Shown: positions 17,194 through 26,652 of the stretch, piece after piece
How the letters are laid out: each line of letters begins with the position of its first letter
Position numbering within the stretch: position 1 is the first letter of the stretch
DNA from: Holophagales bacterium
GTDB lineage: Bacteria; Acidobacteriota; Thermoanaerobaculia; Multivoradales; Multivoraceae
Length of the DNA: 64,000 nucleotides
NCBI GenBank assembly: GCA_009837085.1
Contig: VXUF01000048.1
Location: forward strand, 14,111 to 78,110
Direction of reading: 5' to 3'
Position numbers and translations under genes: made by a program
Notes under the pieces: generated by a model
What the model saw: the letters and a program-made list of their open reading frames with translations, nothing else
Database searches by the model: none
What the model was told of the DNA's origin: nothing

Positions 17194-18216
17194 CTACGGC
17201 CGACGATACAAGCTCGCCGGCGCCAGCACTTTCCGGTCCTGTCCTGTTATCGGGCTTGGACCGAAGTCGATCTCGATGGTGATGTAGCGAACCAGCTCGA
17301 GCCCCAGGTCAATCTCATCAGGAGGTCGGCTCGGCCGGTACAGGTGCAACGTCATCGCGGCACATGTTTCCACCTTGACTCCCTGAGCATCGGACACCAT
17401 TTCGACGTGGAACATGTCCTCGAAATGATGCTCAAGGTAGTACTCAAGAGGGATGAATCCACGCGGCACTTCCACAAACGCAAGACTGTACCCGGTATCC
17501 ATCCCGATCAGGTGACACATCCCCATCGAGTCCGCGTTTCCCTGAAACAGCTGACGCAAGACACCAAGGTAAAGCGGCAGCCTGTCAGGACTGTACTGAC
17601 GCGCCCCTTGCTGCTCGAACCAGAGAACCGGTTGGGCGATTCGTTCGGGGATGAGTGCATTCCTCAACACATCTTCGGCCATGCCATGCGGCAGAAAGGC
17701 AAGTCCGCTCATCAGACAGGCCATGATCTCCGCGAGTACCGCGCGGTCCGTTGCATCGGGTTGCAGCTCCAGGGTCTTGCACAAGGCCCTTCGAACCAGC
17801 CCGTCGACGGCCACTCCCTGGCGTGATAGATCACGAAAGACCTGATCCATATGGCCCTGCGCATCCAGGGCCAGGTAGTGGACGACGCCAGGGCCACGCG
17901 CCATATGCTGTCTCTTGATGCCAAGCGCGCCGACACCTACACCACACCCTGTTTCGATAATGACGGCACCAGGCGGCGCCGTCAGAACCCTTTCAAAGAC
18001 AGGACCGAGGTTCCGGCGGTAGAGGCTCGCCGGGCGGATGACTCCGCACTGAGCACTGTACTGCCGATAGTCTGCCGCGAAACCCACATTGTCGTTCCCA
18101 TGGGCGTTCGTGCTTTGAGGATTCTCGTCGAGGACTCTGAAGAGCACGCCCGCATCTGACTCTCGTGGCGGGTACCAGGTTGTCTGAACGAGATCGGCGT
18201 AGTTCTCTAACGCCAT
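17194..18216 (-). CDS. Putative class I SAM-dependent methyltransferase-like protein (orphan, low GC)
   Basis: 340 aa from ATG 18216 (aggaga SD). Motif-I-like VIIETGCGVGVGALG. No other family signature recognised. G+C is visibly lower than in the surrounding sequence. Confidence 0.55.
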   Translation of the reverse strand: MALENYADLVQTTWYPPRESDAGVLFRVLDENPQSTNAHGNDNVGFAADYRQYSAQCGVIRPASLYRRNLGPVFERVLTAPPGAVIIETGCGVGVGALGIKRQHMARGPGVVHYLALDAQGHMDQVFRDLSRQGVAVDGLVRRALCKTLELQPDATDRAVLAEIMACLMSGLAFLPHGMAEDVLRNALIPERIAQPVLWFEQQGARQYSPDRLPLYLGVLRQLFQGNADSMGMCHLIGMDTGYSLAFVEVPRGFIPLEYYLEHHFEDMFHVEMVSDAQGVKVETCAAMTLHLYRPSRPPDEIDLGLELVRYITIEIDFGPSPITGQDRKVLAPASLYRRP

Positions 18217-18265
18217 GCCCTTCTCCTGGATTGAACGAGGTGTAGAGTCATCGCTGGAGATTGAC

Positions 18266-19969
18266 GTGAAGGGTCGCGCATTGGTCACAGCTTACATATG
18301 CGCCGCCTTCGCCATGGCGACGGGGAATCTCTTGCAGGCCCAAGGCCGGGACTTCACCCCGGTCACGGACGCGATGCTCCAGAATCCCGACCCGGCGGAC
18401 TGGTTGAACTGGCGGCGCACCCTGAATGCGTGGGGGTACAGCCCGCTTGAGCAAATCGACCGGAGCAATGTCGATGAGCTCCGGCTCGCCTGGTCGTGGG
18501 GTCTCGAACGCGGAGTGTCGCAGACGACGCCGATCGTGCACGACGGCGTCATGTATGTCGCGAACCCGGGCAATGTGGTCCAGGCGCTCGACGCGCGCAC
18601 CGGCGACTTCATGTGGGAGTACCGCCGTGAGCTGGACGCGCGACGCCGAAGCGCGGCGCAGACGCGCAGCATGGCTGTCTACCAGGATCTGGTGATCCTG
18701 AACACGGTCGATGCGCACATCGTCGGGCTGGATGCCCGGACGGGCGAGGCGCGCTGGGACACGCCGGTCGGGGGCGATCAGGAAGGCTTTACCTTTTCGA
18801 ACGGACCGATCGTCGCCGATGGAACGGTCGTCGCCGGGCTGACAGGCTGCGGGCGCTACCGTGACGACACCTGCTACGTCGTCGGCGTCGACGGCCGCAC
18901 CGGCCGGTTGCTCTGGCGAACCTCGACGATCGCCCGGCCCGGCGAGCGCGGCGGCGACACCTGGGGCGATCTGCCGCTCATGTTTCGCGCGGGGAGCGAC
19001 GCCTGGATGACCGGGAGCTATGACCCGGTCACCGGGCTCGTCTACTGGGGTACGTCGCAGCCCAAGCCGCACAACCGCGACGCACGCGGGACCGACGGCG
19101 CCGCCCTCTACAGCAACTCGACGCTCGCGCTCGACCCTGCGACCGGTGAGATGAGGTGGTACTACCAGCACATCCCGGGCGATGCGCACGACATGGACGA
19201 GTCGTTCGAGCGCATCCTGATCGACTACGACGGCAAGCGTTCGCTGTTCACGATGGGCAAGCTCGGGATTCTCTGGGAAGTCGACCGGGTCACGGGCGAG
19301 TTCGGGCGCGCGACCGACCTCGGCTATCAGAACATCCTGGATGTCGACTCGCGGACCGGTGAGGTGACTTACCGGGACGGAATGCTGACTGACGTCGGCG
19401 AAGAGCTCTCCTTCTGCCCCAGCACTGCTGGCTTCAAGAGCCTGCGGGCGATGGCGTATCACCCCGGGACCGAGGCGTTGTACGTGCCGCTCAATCTCAG
19501 TTGTCAGACCGTCACATTCGGCCCGGTCGAGAAACGCGCCGGGGGCGGCGGCGGGGGCAGCAGGCCCGGACGGACGAATCACTTTCATCCGCAGGCGCCG
19601 AACGAACTGGGCGAGTTTCGAGCGCTGGACCTGCGGACCGGCGAGACCCTCTGGCGCCAGCGCCTCCGGGTGCCCTACAACACGGCGGCGCTGACGACCG
19701 GCGGGGACCTGGTGTTCATCGGCGACTGGGGCCGGCACGTCTACGCCTACGACGTGCGGAACGGCGAGCCGCTCTGGCGGAGCCGGCTCCCGACGATGGC
19801 GAACGGGTTCCCGATCACTTATGCCGTTGACGGCAAGCAGTTCGTCGCGTTCGTGGCCGGCCCGTCGATCAGCCGCTCGAGCTGGGCCACACTTCTCCCG
19901 GCCGACCTCATACCCGACGAACATAACCCGCGGGGCGGTAGCGGCGTTTTCGTGTTCGCGTTGCCCTAG
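18266..19969 (+). CDS. PQQ-dependent dehydrogenase, methanol/ethanol family (8-bladed propeller), periplasmic
   Basis: VTDAMLQNPDPADWLNWRRTLNAWGYSPLEQIDRSNV is the family N-terminal signature, with repeated W-motif blades. GTG 18266 (ggag SD) gives signal peptide VKGRALVTAYICAAFAMATG; ATG 18215 is an alternative start. Confidence 0.85.
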   Translation: MKGRALVTAYICAAFAMATGNLLQAQGRDFTPVTDAMLQNPDPADWLNWRRTLNAWGYSPLEQIDRSNVDELRLAWSWGLERGVSQTTPIVHDGVMYVANPGNVVQALDARTGDFMWEYRRELDARRRSAAQTRSMAVYQDLVILNTVDAHIVGLDARTGEARWDTPVGGDQEGFTFSNGPIVADGTVVAGLTGCGRYRDDTCYVVGVDGRTGRLLWRTSTIARPGERGGDTWGDLPLMFRAGSDAWMTGSYDPVTGLVYWGTSQPKPHNRDARGTDGAALYSNSTLALDPATGEMRWYYQHIPGDAHDMDESFERILIDYDGKRSLFTMGKLGILWEVDRVTGEFGRATDLGYQNILDVDSRTGEVTYRDGMLTDVGEELSFCPSTAGFKSLRAMAYHPGTEALYVPLNLSCQTVTFGPVEKRAGGGGGGSRPGRTNHFHPQAPNELGEFRALDLRTGETLWRQRLRVPYNTAALTTGGDLVFIGDWGRHVYAYDVRNGEPLWRSRLPTMANGFPITYAVDGKQFVAFVAGPSISRSSWATLLPADLIPDEHNPRGGSGVFVFALP

Positions 19970-19982
19970 GCTGGACGCCGCC

Positions 19983-21893
19983 ATGCCGAAACTCCTTCGT
20001 GTTTCGTTGACAATGGCTGCGATCCTGACGCCCGTGGCTGGATGGGCCCAGCCCGGCGGCTCATTGTTCGAGGAGCACTGCGCGCCCTGTCATGGAAACC
20101 CGGAGCCCGGCTCCCGAGCCCCGGATCGGGAGGCGCTGCGGCAGTTCACGCCCGAGCTCGTGCTCGAGTCGCTGACGACCGGCGCGATGTCGGTGGAGGT
20201 GCCCGGACTGACCGACGAGGAGAGGCGAGAGGTGGCTCAGTGGACCGCGGGCCGTGCCCTTGGGACGGCCGGCGGGGATGCCTCATCGATGCCCAATCAG
20301 TGTCCGAGCAAACCGTTCGGCGACCCGTTCGCCGGCGCCGGGTGGAACGGCTGGAGCCCGGATGGCGGCAACTCGCGCTTCCAGCCGGCCGCGGCCGCCG
20401 GGTTGACCCCGGACCAGGTGCCGCGCCTGACGTTGAAGTGGGCATTCGGATACCCGGGCGGGGTCAGAGCCGCCGCCGGTTCGCCGACGGTCGTGGGGGG
20501 AAGGCTCTACGCGGGATCCGACACCGGCTATGTCTACTCCCTGGATGCGGCGACCGGCTGTGTCTACTGGTCGTTCGAGTCGAAATGGGTCGTCCGCTCC
20601 TCCGTCACCATCGGACCCGTCACGGGCGCGGGGACGGCGCGCTACGCCGCGTACTTCGGGGACGCCAGGGCGAACGTGTATGCCGTCAATGCCGAAACCG
20701 GTGAGTTGCTGTGGAAGCAACGTGCCGACACTCATCCGATCGCGCGCATCACCGCCGCCCCCAAGCTTCACGCCGGCCGGCTCTACGTGCCCGTTTCCTC
20801 ACTGGAAGAACTGGCGGGCCGCCACCTCTGGTACGAGTGCTGCACGTTCCGGGGCAGCGTGGTGGCGTATGACGCGAACACCGGCGAGCAGATCTGGAAG
20901 AGCTACGCGATTGCCGAAGAACCCAGGCCCACGACGAAGAACGCGCAGGGCACTCAACAGTGGGCCCCGGCCGGGGGGGCGGTCTGGGGCGCGCCGGTCA
21001 TCGATGCGGCTCGAGGGGCCTTGTACATCGGTAGCGGAAACGGCTATACCGCGCCCGCGGCCAGTGACACCGACGCCGTCATCGCCTTCGATCTCGAGAC
21101 CGGGAAGCGGCTGTGGCTGAACCAGTTGACGGCCATGGATGCCTACCTCAGCAGGTGTCCCGGCCGGATCGATGTCCAAGGCCGCGCGAGGGATCCCAAG
21201 CGAGCGGATCCCCAGCGCATCGCGAACCTCAACTGCCCCGACCCCGAGAAGCTCGCAGAGAACGTCGATGTCGATGTGGTGGCGGTCATGCTTCACATGC
21301 TGCCGGACGGGCGGACGATTCTCGTCGTTGGGCAGCAGAATGGCCGGGTCTATGCGCTCGACCCTGACCGCGAGGGGGCGGTGCTGTGGGAACTCTACGC
21401 GGGCGCGGACACGGAGAAGCGCGCGAACATCACGTTCGGTGGCGCCACCGACGGGCGGCTGGCCTACTTCCCCCTCCTGTACCAACCGTCGGAGCACCGC
21501 GGAATCGCTGCGCCGTCGCGGTCGAAGGGCGGCCTGGCCGCGATTCGCGTGGAGACGGGCGAGCTGGTGTGGTACACGCCGACGCCGCCGGCCAACTGTC
21601 CCGACCCCTCCCCGCAACGGTGCGGCTCCGGGCAGGACGCGGCGGCGACGGCGATCCCGGGCGTGGTCTTCGCCGGCGCGATGGACGGCATGCTTCGCGC
21701 GTACTCGACCGCCGACGGCCGCGTCATCTGGGAGGTCGACACGGCCCAGGAGTTCGAGACCGTCAACGATGTGCCGGCCAGGGGCGGCATGCTGAACGGC
21801 CCGGGGCCAACCGTCGTCGACGGCATGCTGTTCACGGGGTCGGGCTACGCGTCGGGGACGGGCAACGTGCTGCTGGCGTTCGGACCCGAATAG
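19983..21893 (+). CDS. Cytochrome c fused to a PQQ-like beta-propeller (polyvinyl-alcohol-dehydrogenase-like architecture)
   Basis: 636 aa from ATG 19983. Signal peptide, heme motif CAPCH (20079-20093) with downstream Met, then propeller repeats (GGRLYAGSDTGYVYSLDAATG, GRVYALD, DGMLRAYSTADGRVIWE). Confidence 0.8.
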   Translation: MPKLLRVSLTMAAILTPVAGWAQPGGSLFEEHCAPCHGNPEPGSRAPDREALRQFTPELVLESLTTGAMSVEVPGLTDEERREVAQWTAGRALGTAGGDASSMPNQCPSKPFGDPFAGAGWNGWSPDGGNSRFQPAAAAGLTPDQVPRLTLKWAFGYPGGVRAAAGSPTVVGGRLYAGSDTGYVYSLDAATGCVYWSFESKWVVRSSVTIGPVTGAGTARYAAYFGDARANVYAVNAETGELLWKQRADTHPIARITAAPKLHAGRLYVPVSSLEELAGRHLWYECCTFRGSVVAYDANTGEQIWKSYAIAEEPRPTTKNAQGTQQWAPAGGAVWGAPVIDAARGALYIGSGNGYTAPAASDTDAVIAFDLETGKRLWLNQLTAMDAYLSRCPGRIDVQGRARDPKRADPQRIANLNCPDPEKLAENVDVDVVAVMLHMLPDGRTILVVGQQNGRVYALDPDREGAVLWELYAGADTEKRANITFGGATDGRLAYFPLLYQPSEHRGIAAPSRSKGGLAAIRVETGELVWYTPTPPANCPDPSPQRCGSGQDAAATAIPGVVFAGAMDGMLRAYSTADGRVIWEVDTAQEFETVNDVPARGGMLNGPGPTVVDGMLFTGSGYASGTGNVLLAFGPE

Positions 21894-21896
21894 GCC

Positions 21897-23753
21897 TTAG
21901 GGGACGTACCAGATGGGCGACGACCAGGCGCGCTCCTGGATGGTGGGAGGCAGGCCGGGCTTCGGCGCCGTTCCCGCCCGGATCGCATCCCACGTCGACC
22001 AGCGGCAGGTCGGATTCTGCAGCACGCGAACGTAGTAGAAGGCGCGCTGGCCAGGATCGAAGTCGGGGTCCTGCCACAACGCCTCGAGCTCTGAAGCACC
22101 TCGGCCTTCCGTCGTCGCGCACGTGCTCAGATCCACCGTAGCCCCGTTGTCGGGGCAGCGGTGGGTGTCGTCCGGGGTCGAGCCTTCGGAGCAGGCTGCG
22201 TCGTAGACCCGCTCATGCTTCGCGCCGTCCGCCGTCCATCCCTTGATCACCTGCAATCGAGCAAGGGGAGCGGCGGTGGGATCCCTGGTCGCCCAAAGCA
22301 GAAAGCGGGGAGCGCGTTGCTCGCCGTCGGCCATCAGGTCTCCTCCCATGGGGACGCCGTCGGCATAGGCCCTCGTGAGCCTGTCCGATCCAGCCAGCGT
22401 CGTCTCGTCGAGGTCGTAGCCGGCGAAGAAGCGGACCCGCATGCGAGGGCCGCTGGTGCCAAAGGTCTCCTTCCGCTGCAAGGCGCGAAAAATGTCCTCC
22501 CTGGTGTTCGATTCGGCCCACACTCCGGCCAGGCCCGAGGCACCCCAGTACTGACTGGACCCGTCGCTGTACTCGCCGGTTTCGGCCCGGGGAACCGACC
22601 CTCGCTGTTCCGGTGTGATGTCCAACAGGCCGGCCTTGCTCCAGTAGTCCTTTTCCCGAAACGACCCGGCTGCATTGTGCGTATCCGAGGAGCCGATGAG
22701 GCCGAAGCGAAAGGGATTGAAGCCCTGCTCCTCTTCCATGGCCAGGCCGTTCAGGTAGGCATCGCGTACGTAGCTGCCCTGGGGCCTGCTCGGAGAGTCA
22801 TTGCCGATGGTCCCTTCGATGATCCCGAAGTCAGCCCACTCATCGTTCGGAGACAGGAGCGGATGCGTGTCCGAGGTGCCCTTGACCTGGGTTACCTCGA
22901 CCAGCGGCTCGTTTCGCATCCGCTGCTCGGCGCCGGCCTGGTCGAGAGGGTTGCCTTCCCTGTCGGTCAACCGGAACATCCATCCGTCTGAACCGTTGGA
23001 GTTGTGGGGGATCGCCAGAGACTCGATGCCCTGCTCGCGCTGCCGGTCCATCCAGTCCCACAGCTTCTCCGGGTTGTTCCTGGCGTCAATGCGACTGAAA
23101 GGAATGCCCGGCACGTTCGAGCCACGGAAGATCACGTTTCGATGCAGGTTCTCCCCTGTGGGACCGCTGGCAGTGAACTCGTAGGCGATGAGGGTGGTGA
23201 AAGTGCCTGGATCGTTGTGGCGCTCAGCGGCGGCGATGATCTCCCGCCATGCGCTCGCTACGATGCCGAGATCGAGCAGGTCGTCCGAATCGACATAGCC
23301 TCTCTGACGCGGCATTACTTCCCGGAAAACGGCGGTGCGATCGTCGGGCGTTTCAGCGCTCCGAAGTGCGATCGACAGCGGATGCCGGCCAACCGCGGAA
23401 TCGGGGTTGTCCATCTGATCGAACATGCCCAGATAGGTGGCGTGGTCGGCAACCGCGAGGAAGTCCAGCGGCGCTTTCAGGCGCATTTCGATGCCGGCCG
23501 CGTGCATCAGCGGTTCTCCCTTGGCGAACCTGTAGGCGTCGTCCGGATCGTTGCGGGTGCCGTAGATGTAGGCGTCGAAGGAGTACTTCGTGTGGACGTG
23601 AAGGTCGCCGAAGTACGCGTTTCGAGTCGATGATCTCTGCTCTATTGGAGCGGCCTCTTCGCTGGCTCGAGCCGGAACCTCGGCAGGTTCATCCGCACAA
23701 CCGAGAGGCAGGAGAAGAAGAGCTGTGAGCCCGACACCGCTACGCGCACACAT
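21897..23753 (-). CDS. DUF3604 family protein (PHP-like metal-dependent hydrolase), exported
   Basis: 618 aa. The hallmark N-terminus is AYFGDLHVHTKYSFDAY. Signal peptide LLLLPLGC. Confidence 0.85.
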   Translation of the reverse strand: MCARSGVGLTALLLLPLGCADEPAEVPARASEEAAPIEQRSSTRNAYFGDLHVHTKYSFDAYIYGTRNDPDDAYRFAKGEPLMHAAGIEMRLKAPLDFLAVADHATYLGMFDQMDNPDSAVGRHPLSIALRSAETPDDRTAVFREVMPRQRGYVDSDDLLDLGIVASAWREIIAAAERHNDPGTFTTLIAYEFTASGPTGENLHRNVIFRGSNVPGIPFSRIDARNNPEKLWDWMDRQREQGIESLAIPHNSNGSDGWMFRLTDREGNPLDQAGAEQRMRNEPLVEVTQVKGTSDTHPLLSPNDEWADFGIIEGTIGNDSPSRPQGSYVRDAYLNGLAMEEEQGFNPFRFGLIGSSDTHNAAGSFREKDYWSKAGLLDITPEQRGSVPRAETGEYSDGSSQYWGASGLAGVWAESNTREDIFRALQRKETFGTSGPRMRVRFFAGYDLDETTLAGSDRLTRAYADGVPMGGDLMADGEQRAPRFLLWATRDPTAAPLARLQVIKGWTADGAKHERVYDAACSEGSTPDDTHRCPDNGATVDLSTCATTEGRGASELEALWQDPDFDPGQRAFYYVRVLQNPTCRWSTWDAIRAGTAPKPGLPPTIQERAWSSPIWYVP

Positions 23754-23820
23754 GGTCTTCTCGTTTCTCTTCGGTTCGATGACCGGAGTGGATGCGATCT
23801 GTTCCCGGAGCCCTCATCCT

Positions 23821-23865
23821 AGCGCCGGAGTGGGTGCGCCTGCGTCCCCGCCGGCATCCGGCGCT
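23821..23865 (+). repeat. Hairpin repeat copy R5 (short form), divergent intergenic region
   Basis: agtgggtgcgcctgcgtccccgccggcatccggcgc, flanked by agcgccgg / ccggcgct arms. Confidence 0.8.
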
Positions 23866-23877
23866 AGCATCGGCCGC

Positions 23878-23931
23878 ATGAACATCGAGAGCGAGACGCG
23901 GGACACGGGCCGGCAGGGGGAGTCACCCTGA
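23878..23931 (+). other. 17-codon upstream ORF whose TGA overlaps the inferred CTG start of livH
   Basis: atg aac atc gag ... tca ccc tga. The stop is at 23929-23931 and the CTG at 23928-23930. No SD precedes the ATG. Confidence 0.3.
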
Positions 23932-24800
23932 GTCAGCTCCTGCAGGTTCTCGTCAACGGTCTGGCCGTCGGCTGCATCTACGGCCTGATCGCTCTCGGCT
24001 TCGTCCTCGTCTACAAGGCGACCGAGATGGTGAACTTCGCCCAGGGCGATCTCATGATGCTGGGCGCCTTCGTGGCGGTGACCCTGATCGGCGACTTCGG
24101 TCTGCCCTGGGCGCTGGGGTTGTTGCTGTCGGTCCTGGCGCTGGCGGTCTTTGGCTATCTGCTCGACGCCTTCGTGCTGCGCCGCGTTCTGGGCGAACCC
24201 CAGTTCGCCATCGTGATGCTGACGATCGGGCTGGGCTTCATCTTCCGCGCCGTGGCGGGACTGGTGTGGGGCTACGACCCGCAGAGCTTTCCCACTCCGT
24301 ACACCGGCAAGTCGCTGCGTGTCGGCGAAGTCGTCGTGAGCTACGAGAACTTCGCGATCCTGCTGGGCACGCTCGTCCTCTGCGTCGTGCTCTTCCTGTT
24401 CTTCCGCCGCACGCGGCTCGGCATCGCCATGCAGGCCACGTCGCAGAACCAGCTCGCGGCCTATTACGTCGGCATCCCGGTCAAGCGGGTCTTCTCCCTG
24501 GTGTGGGCGATCTCCGCCGGAGTCGCCGCCGTGGCCGGGATCCTCCTGGCGCCCGTCTCGCTCGTCCAGCCCGGGATGGGATTCATCGGGATCAAGGCCT
24601 TCGCGGCCGCGGTGATCGGCGGCTTCGGTTCGATCCCCGGCGCGCTGCTCGGCGGCTGGATCATCGGCATCGCCGAGCAATTCGCGGGGGTCTACCTGCC
24701 CGCCGGTTTCCAGGAGATGTCCGCCTACGGCATTCTCATTCTGGCCCTGATCCTGCGGCCCCAGGGCCTGTTCGCGCAGATTCAGCGAAAGAAAGTCTGA
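23928..24800 (+). CDS. livH: Branched-chain amino acid ABC transporter permease (LivH family)
   Basis: The annotated ORF starts at ATG 24027, which would delete the conserved first helix. In-frame upstream LSQLLQVLVNGLAVGCIYGLIALGFVLVYKATE matches the LivH N-terminus. There is no ATG/GTG/TTG between the in-frame stop at 23865-67 and 24027. gggggag SD lies 5 nt before CTG 23928. Confidence 0.8.
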   Translation: MSQLLQVLVNGLAVGCIYGLIALGFVLVYKATEMVNFAQGDLMMLGAFVAVTLIGDFGLPWALGLLLSVLALAVFGYLLDAFVLRRVLGEPQFAIVMLTIGLGFIFRAVAGLVWGYDPQSFPTPYTGKSLRVGEVVVSYENFAILLGTLVLCVVLFLFFRRTRLGIAMQATSQNQLAAYYVGIPVKRVFSLVWAISAGVAAVAGILLAPVSLVQPGMGFIGIKAFAAAVIGGFGSIPGALLGGWIIGIAEQFAGVYLPAGFQEMSAYGILILALILRPQGLFAQIQRKKV

Positions 24801-24817
24801 CGGGCGGCGAGCATCGA

Positions 24818-25894
24818 ATGCGGTTCCTCTTCAAGACCCACTACAACCAGGACATCGACCACCTCAAGCACGGTGGCGACCGGTTCTGGTACGGCCTGCT
24901 CCTGGTGCTGGCCGCCGCGGCGCCGGCGGCGCTCGGCACCTTCTATCTGGGCGAGCTCAACCTGGTGATGATCTACGCCATCGCCGGCGTCGGCCTGATG
25001 CTGCTGGTGGGCTACACCGGCCAGGTGAGCCTGGGCCACGCGGCGTTTCTGGCGATCGGCGCCTATACCCACTCGCTCCTTCTGGGCGCCGGTCTGCCGT
25101 TCCTGCTCTCGATCGTCGCGGCGGTCCTGGTCTCGGCGCTGGTCGGCGCCGGCGTGGGGTGGATCGCGCTCCGGATGACGGGCATCTATCTCGCCATCGC
25201 CACCCTGGCCTTCGCCATGCTCACCGAGCAGACGATCTCGCGCGCCGAGTGGCTCACCGGGGGCTTTCGCGGCCTCGCCGTTCCTCAGGCGAGCCTCTTC
25301 GGGATGCCGCTCACGCAGGGCTGGCAGCACTACTACGTGACGCTCACGCTCCTCGTCGTGACGCTCCTCGCGGCGCTCAACATCCTGCGGTCCTCGACGG
25401 GAAGGGCCATGGTCGCCATCCGTGACTCGGAGATCTCGGCGGAGAGCGTCGGCATCAACCTGGCCGTCTACAAGACCTTCGCTTTCGCTCTCAGCGCCGG
25501 CATCACCGGCCTCGCCGGCGCTCTCTTCGCGCATCGCCTCGGCTACCTATCGCCCGACGCCTTCACGTTCCTCATCTCGCTGCAACTCCTCCTGATGGTC
25601 GTGGTCGGCGGGGTTGGCTCGATGCGGGGCGTCATCTACGGCGCGCTCTTCATCGGCTTCCTGCCTCAGCTCCTCGCCATCGCCCGCGACACGCTGCCGC
25701 CGCAGATCGCTCAGGCTCCCGGCCTCGAGCCGGGCATCTTCGGCCTCATCCTCGTGCTGGTGATCCTCTTCGAGCCCCAGGGCATCTTCGGCCGCTGGCT
25801 CAAGATCAAGAGCTACTTCCAGTTGTTCCCGCTCTATCGCCGGGCGACGCATCGGCGCCAGAAGACCTACCTGCGCACGGAGCGACTGAGGTGA
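24818..25894 (+). CDS. livM: Branched-chain amino acid ABC transporter permease (LivM family)
   Basis: 358 aa from ATG 24818. GQVSLGHAAFLAIGAY and the typical multi-TM profile. Confidence 0.9.
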   Translation: MRFLFKTHYNQDIDHLKHGGDRFWYGLLLVLAAAAPAALGTFYLGELNLVMIYAIAGVGLMLLVGYTGQVSLGHAAFLAIGAYTHSLLLGAGLPFLLSIVAAVLVSALVGAGVGWIALRMTGIYLAIATLAFAMLTEQTISRAEWLTGGFRGLAVPQASLFGMPLTQGWQHYYVTLTLLVVTLLAALNILRSSTGRAMVAIRDSEISAESVGINLAVYKTFAFALSAGITGLAGALFAHRLGYLSPDAFTFLISLQLLLMVVVGGVGSMRGVIYGALFIGFLPQLLAIARDTLPPQIAQAPGLEPGIFGLILVLVILFEPQGIFGRWLKIKSYFQLFPLYRRATHRRQKTYLRTERLR

Positions 25895-26652
25895 GCTACC
25901 TCGCCGTCGAGGACCTGTCGATCAGCTTCGGGGGCATCCGTGCCGTCGACGACGTGAGCTTCGACGTCGAGGAGGGCGAGGTGTTCGCCATCATCGGACC
26001 GAACGGAGCCGGCAAGACGACGCTCTTCAACCTGGTGAGCGGCATCTACTCCCCCGACGGCGGGAGCGTTCGGTTCGCGGGCCGCGACATCACCTCGCTG
26101 CCGGCGCATCGCATCGCGCCGCTCGGCCTCGCGCGCACCTTCCAGAACATCGAGCTCTTCGAGCACGCCACCGTTCTGCAGAACCTCCTCATCGGCCGTC
26201 ATGTCCACCGGCGCTCGACGGCGCTGTCCCATCTCCTGTTCCTCCCCGCGGTGAGGCGGGAGGAGCTCGAGCACCGGCGCCGCGTGGAAGACGTCATCGA
26301 CCTCCTCGAGCTCGCGCACTACCGCGAGCAGAGGATCGCCAACCTCCCCTACGGAGTGCGCAAGGTCGTGGAGGTGGGCCGCGCGCTCTGCCTGGAGCCG
26401 AAGCTGCTGCTCCTCGACGAGCCGACCTCCGGGCTGAACCCCGAGGAGAGCGAGGACATGGGGTTCTGGATTGAGGACATCAACCGCGACCTCGGCGTCA
26501 CGGTCGTCATGGTGGCGCACGACATGGGTCTCGTGAGCCGGGTGGCGGGGCGGGTGCTGGCCCTCAACGAGGGTCGCGTGATCGCGGAGGGCAGCGCCGC
26601 GGAGGTGCAGAAGAACCCCGCCGTCGTCGACGCCTACCTGGGAGCGGACTAG
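25891..26652 (+). CDS. livG: ABC transporter ATP-binding protein (LivG family)
   Basis: Walker A GPNGAGKTT, Walker B LLLDEP, and C-terminal NPAVVDAYLG. GTG 25891 overlaps the livM stop. Confidence 0.93.
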   Translation: MSYLAVEDLSISFGGIRAVDDVSFDVEEGEVFAIIGPNGAGKTTLFNLVSGIYSPDGGSVRFAGRDITSLPAHRIAPLGLARTFQNIELFEHATVLQNLLIGRHVHRRSTALSHLLFLPAVRREELEHRRRVEDVIDLLELAHYREQRIANLPYGVRKVVEVGRALCLEPKLLLLDEPTSGLNPEESEDMGFWIEDINRDLGVTVVMVAHDMGLVSRVAGRVLALNEGRVIAEGSAAEVQKNPAVVDAYLGAD

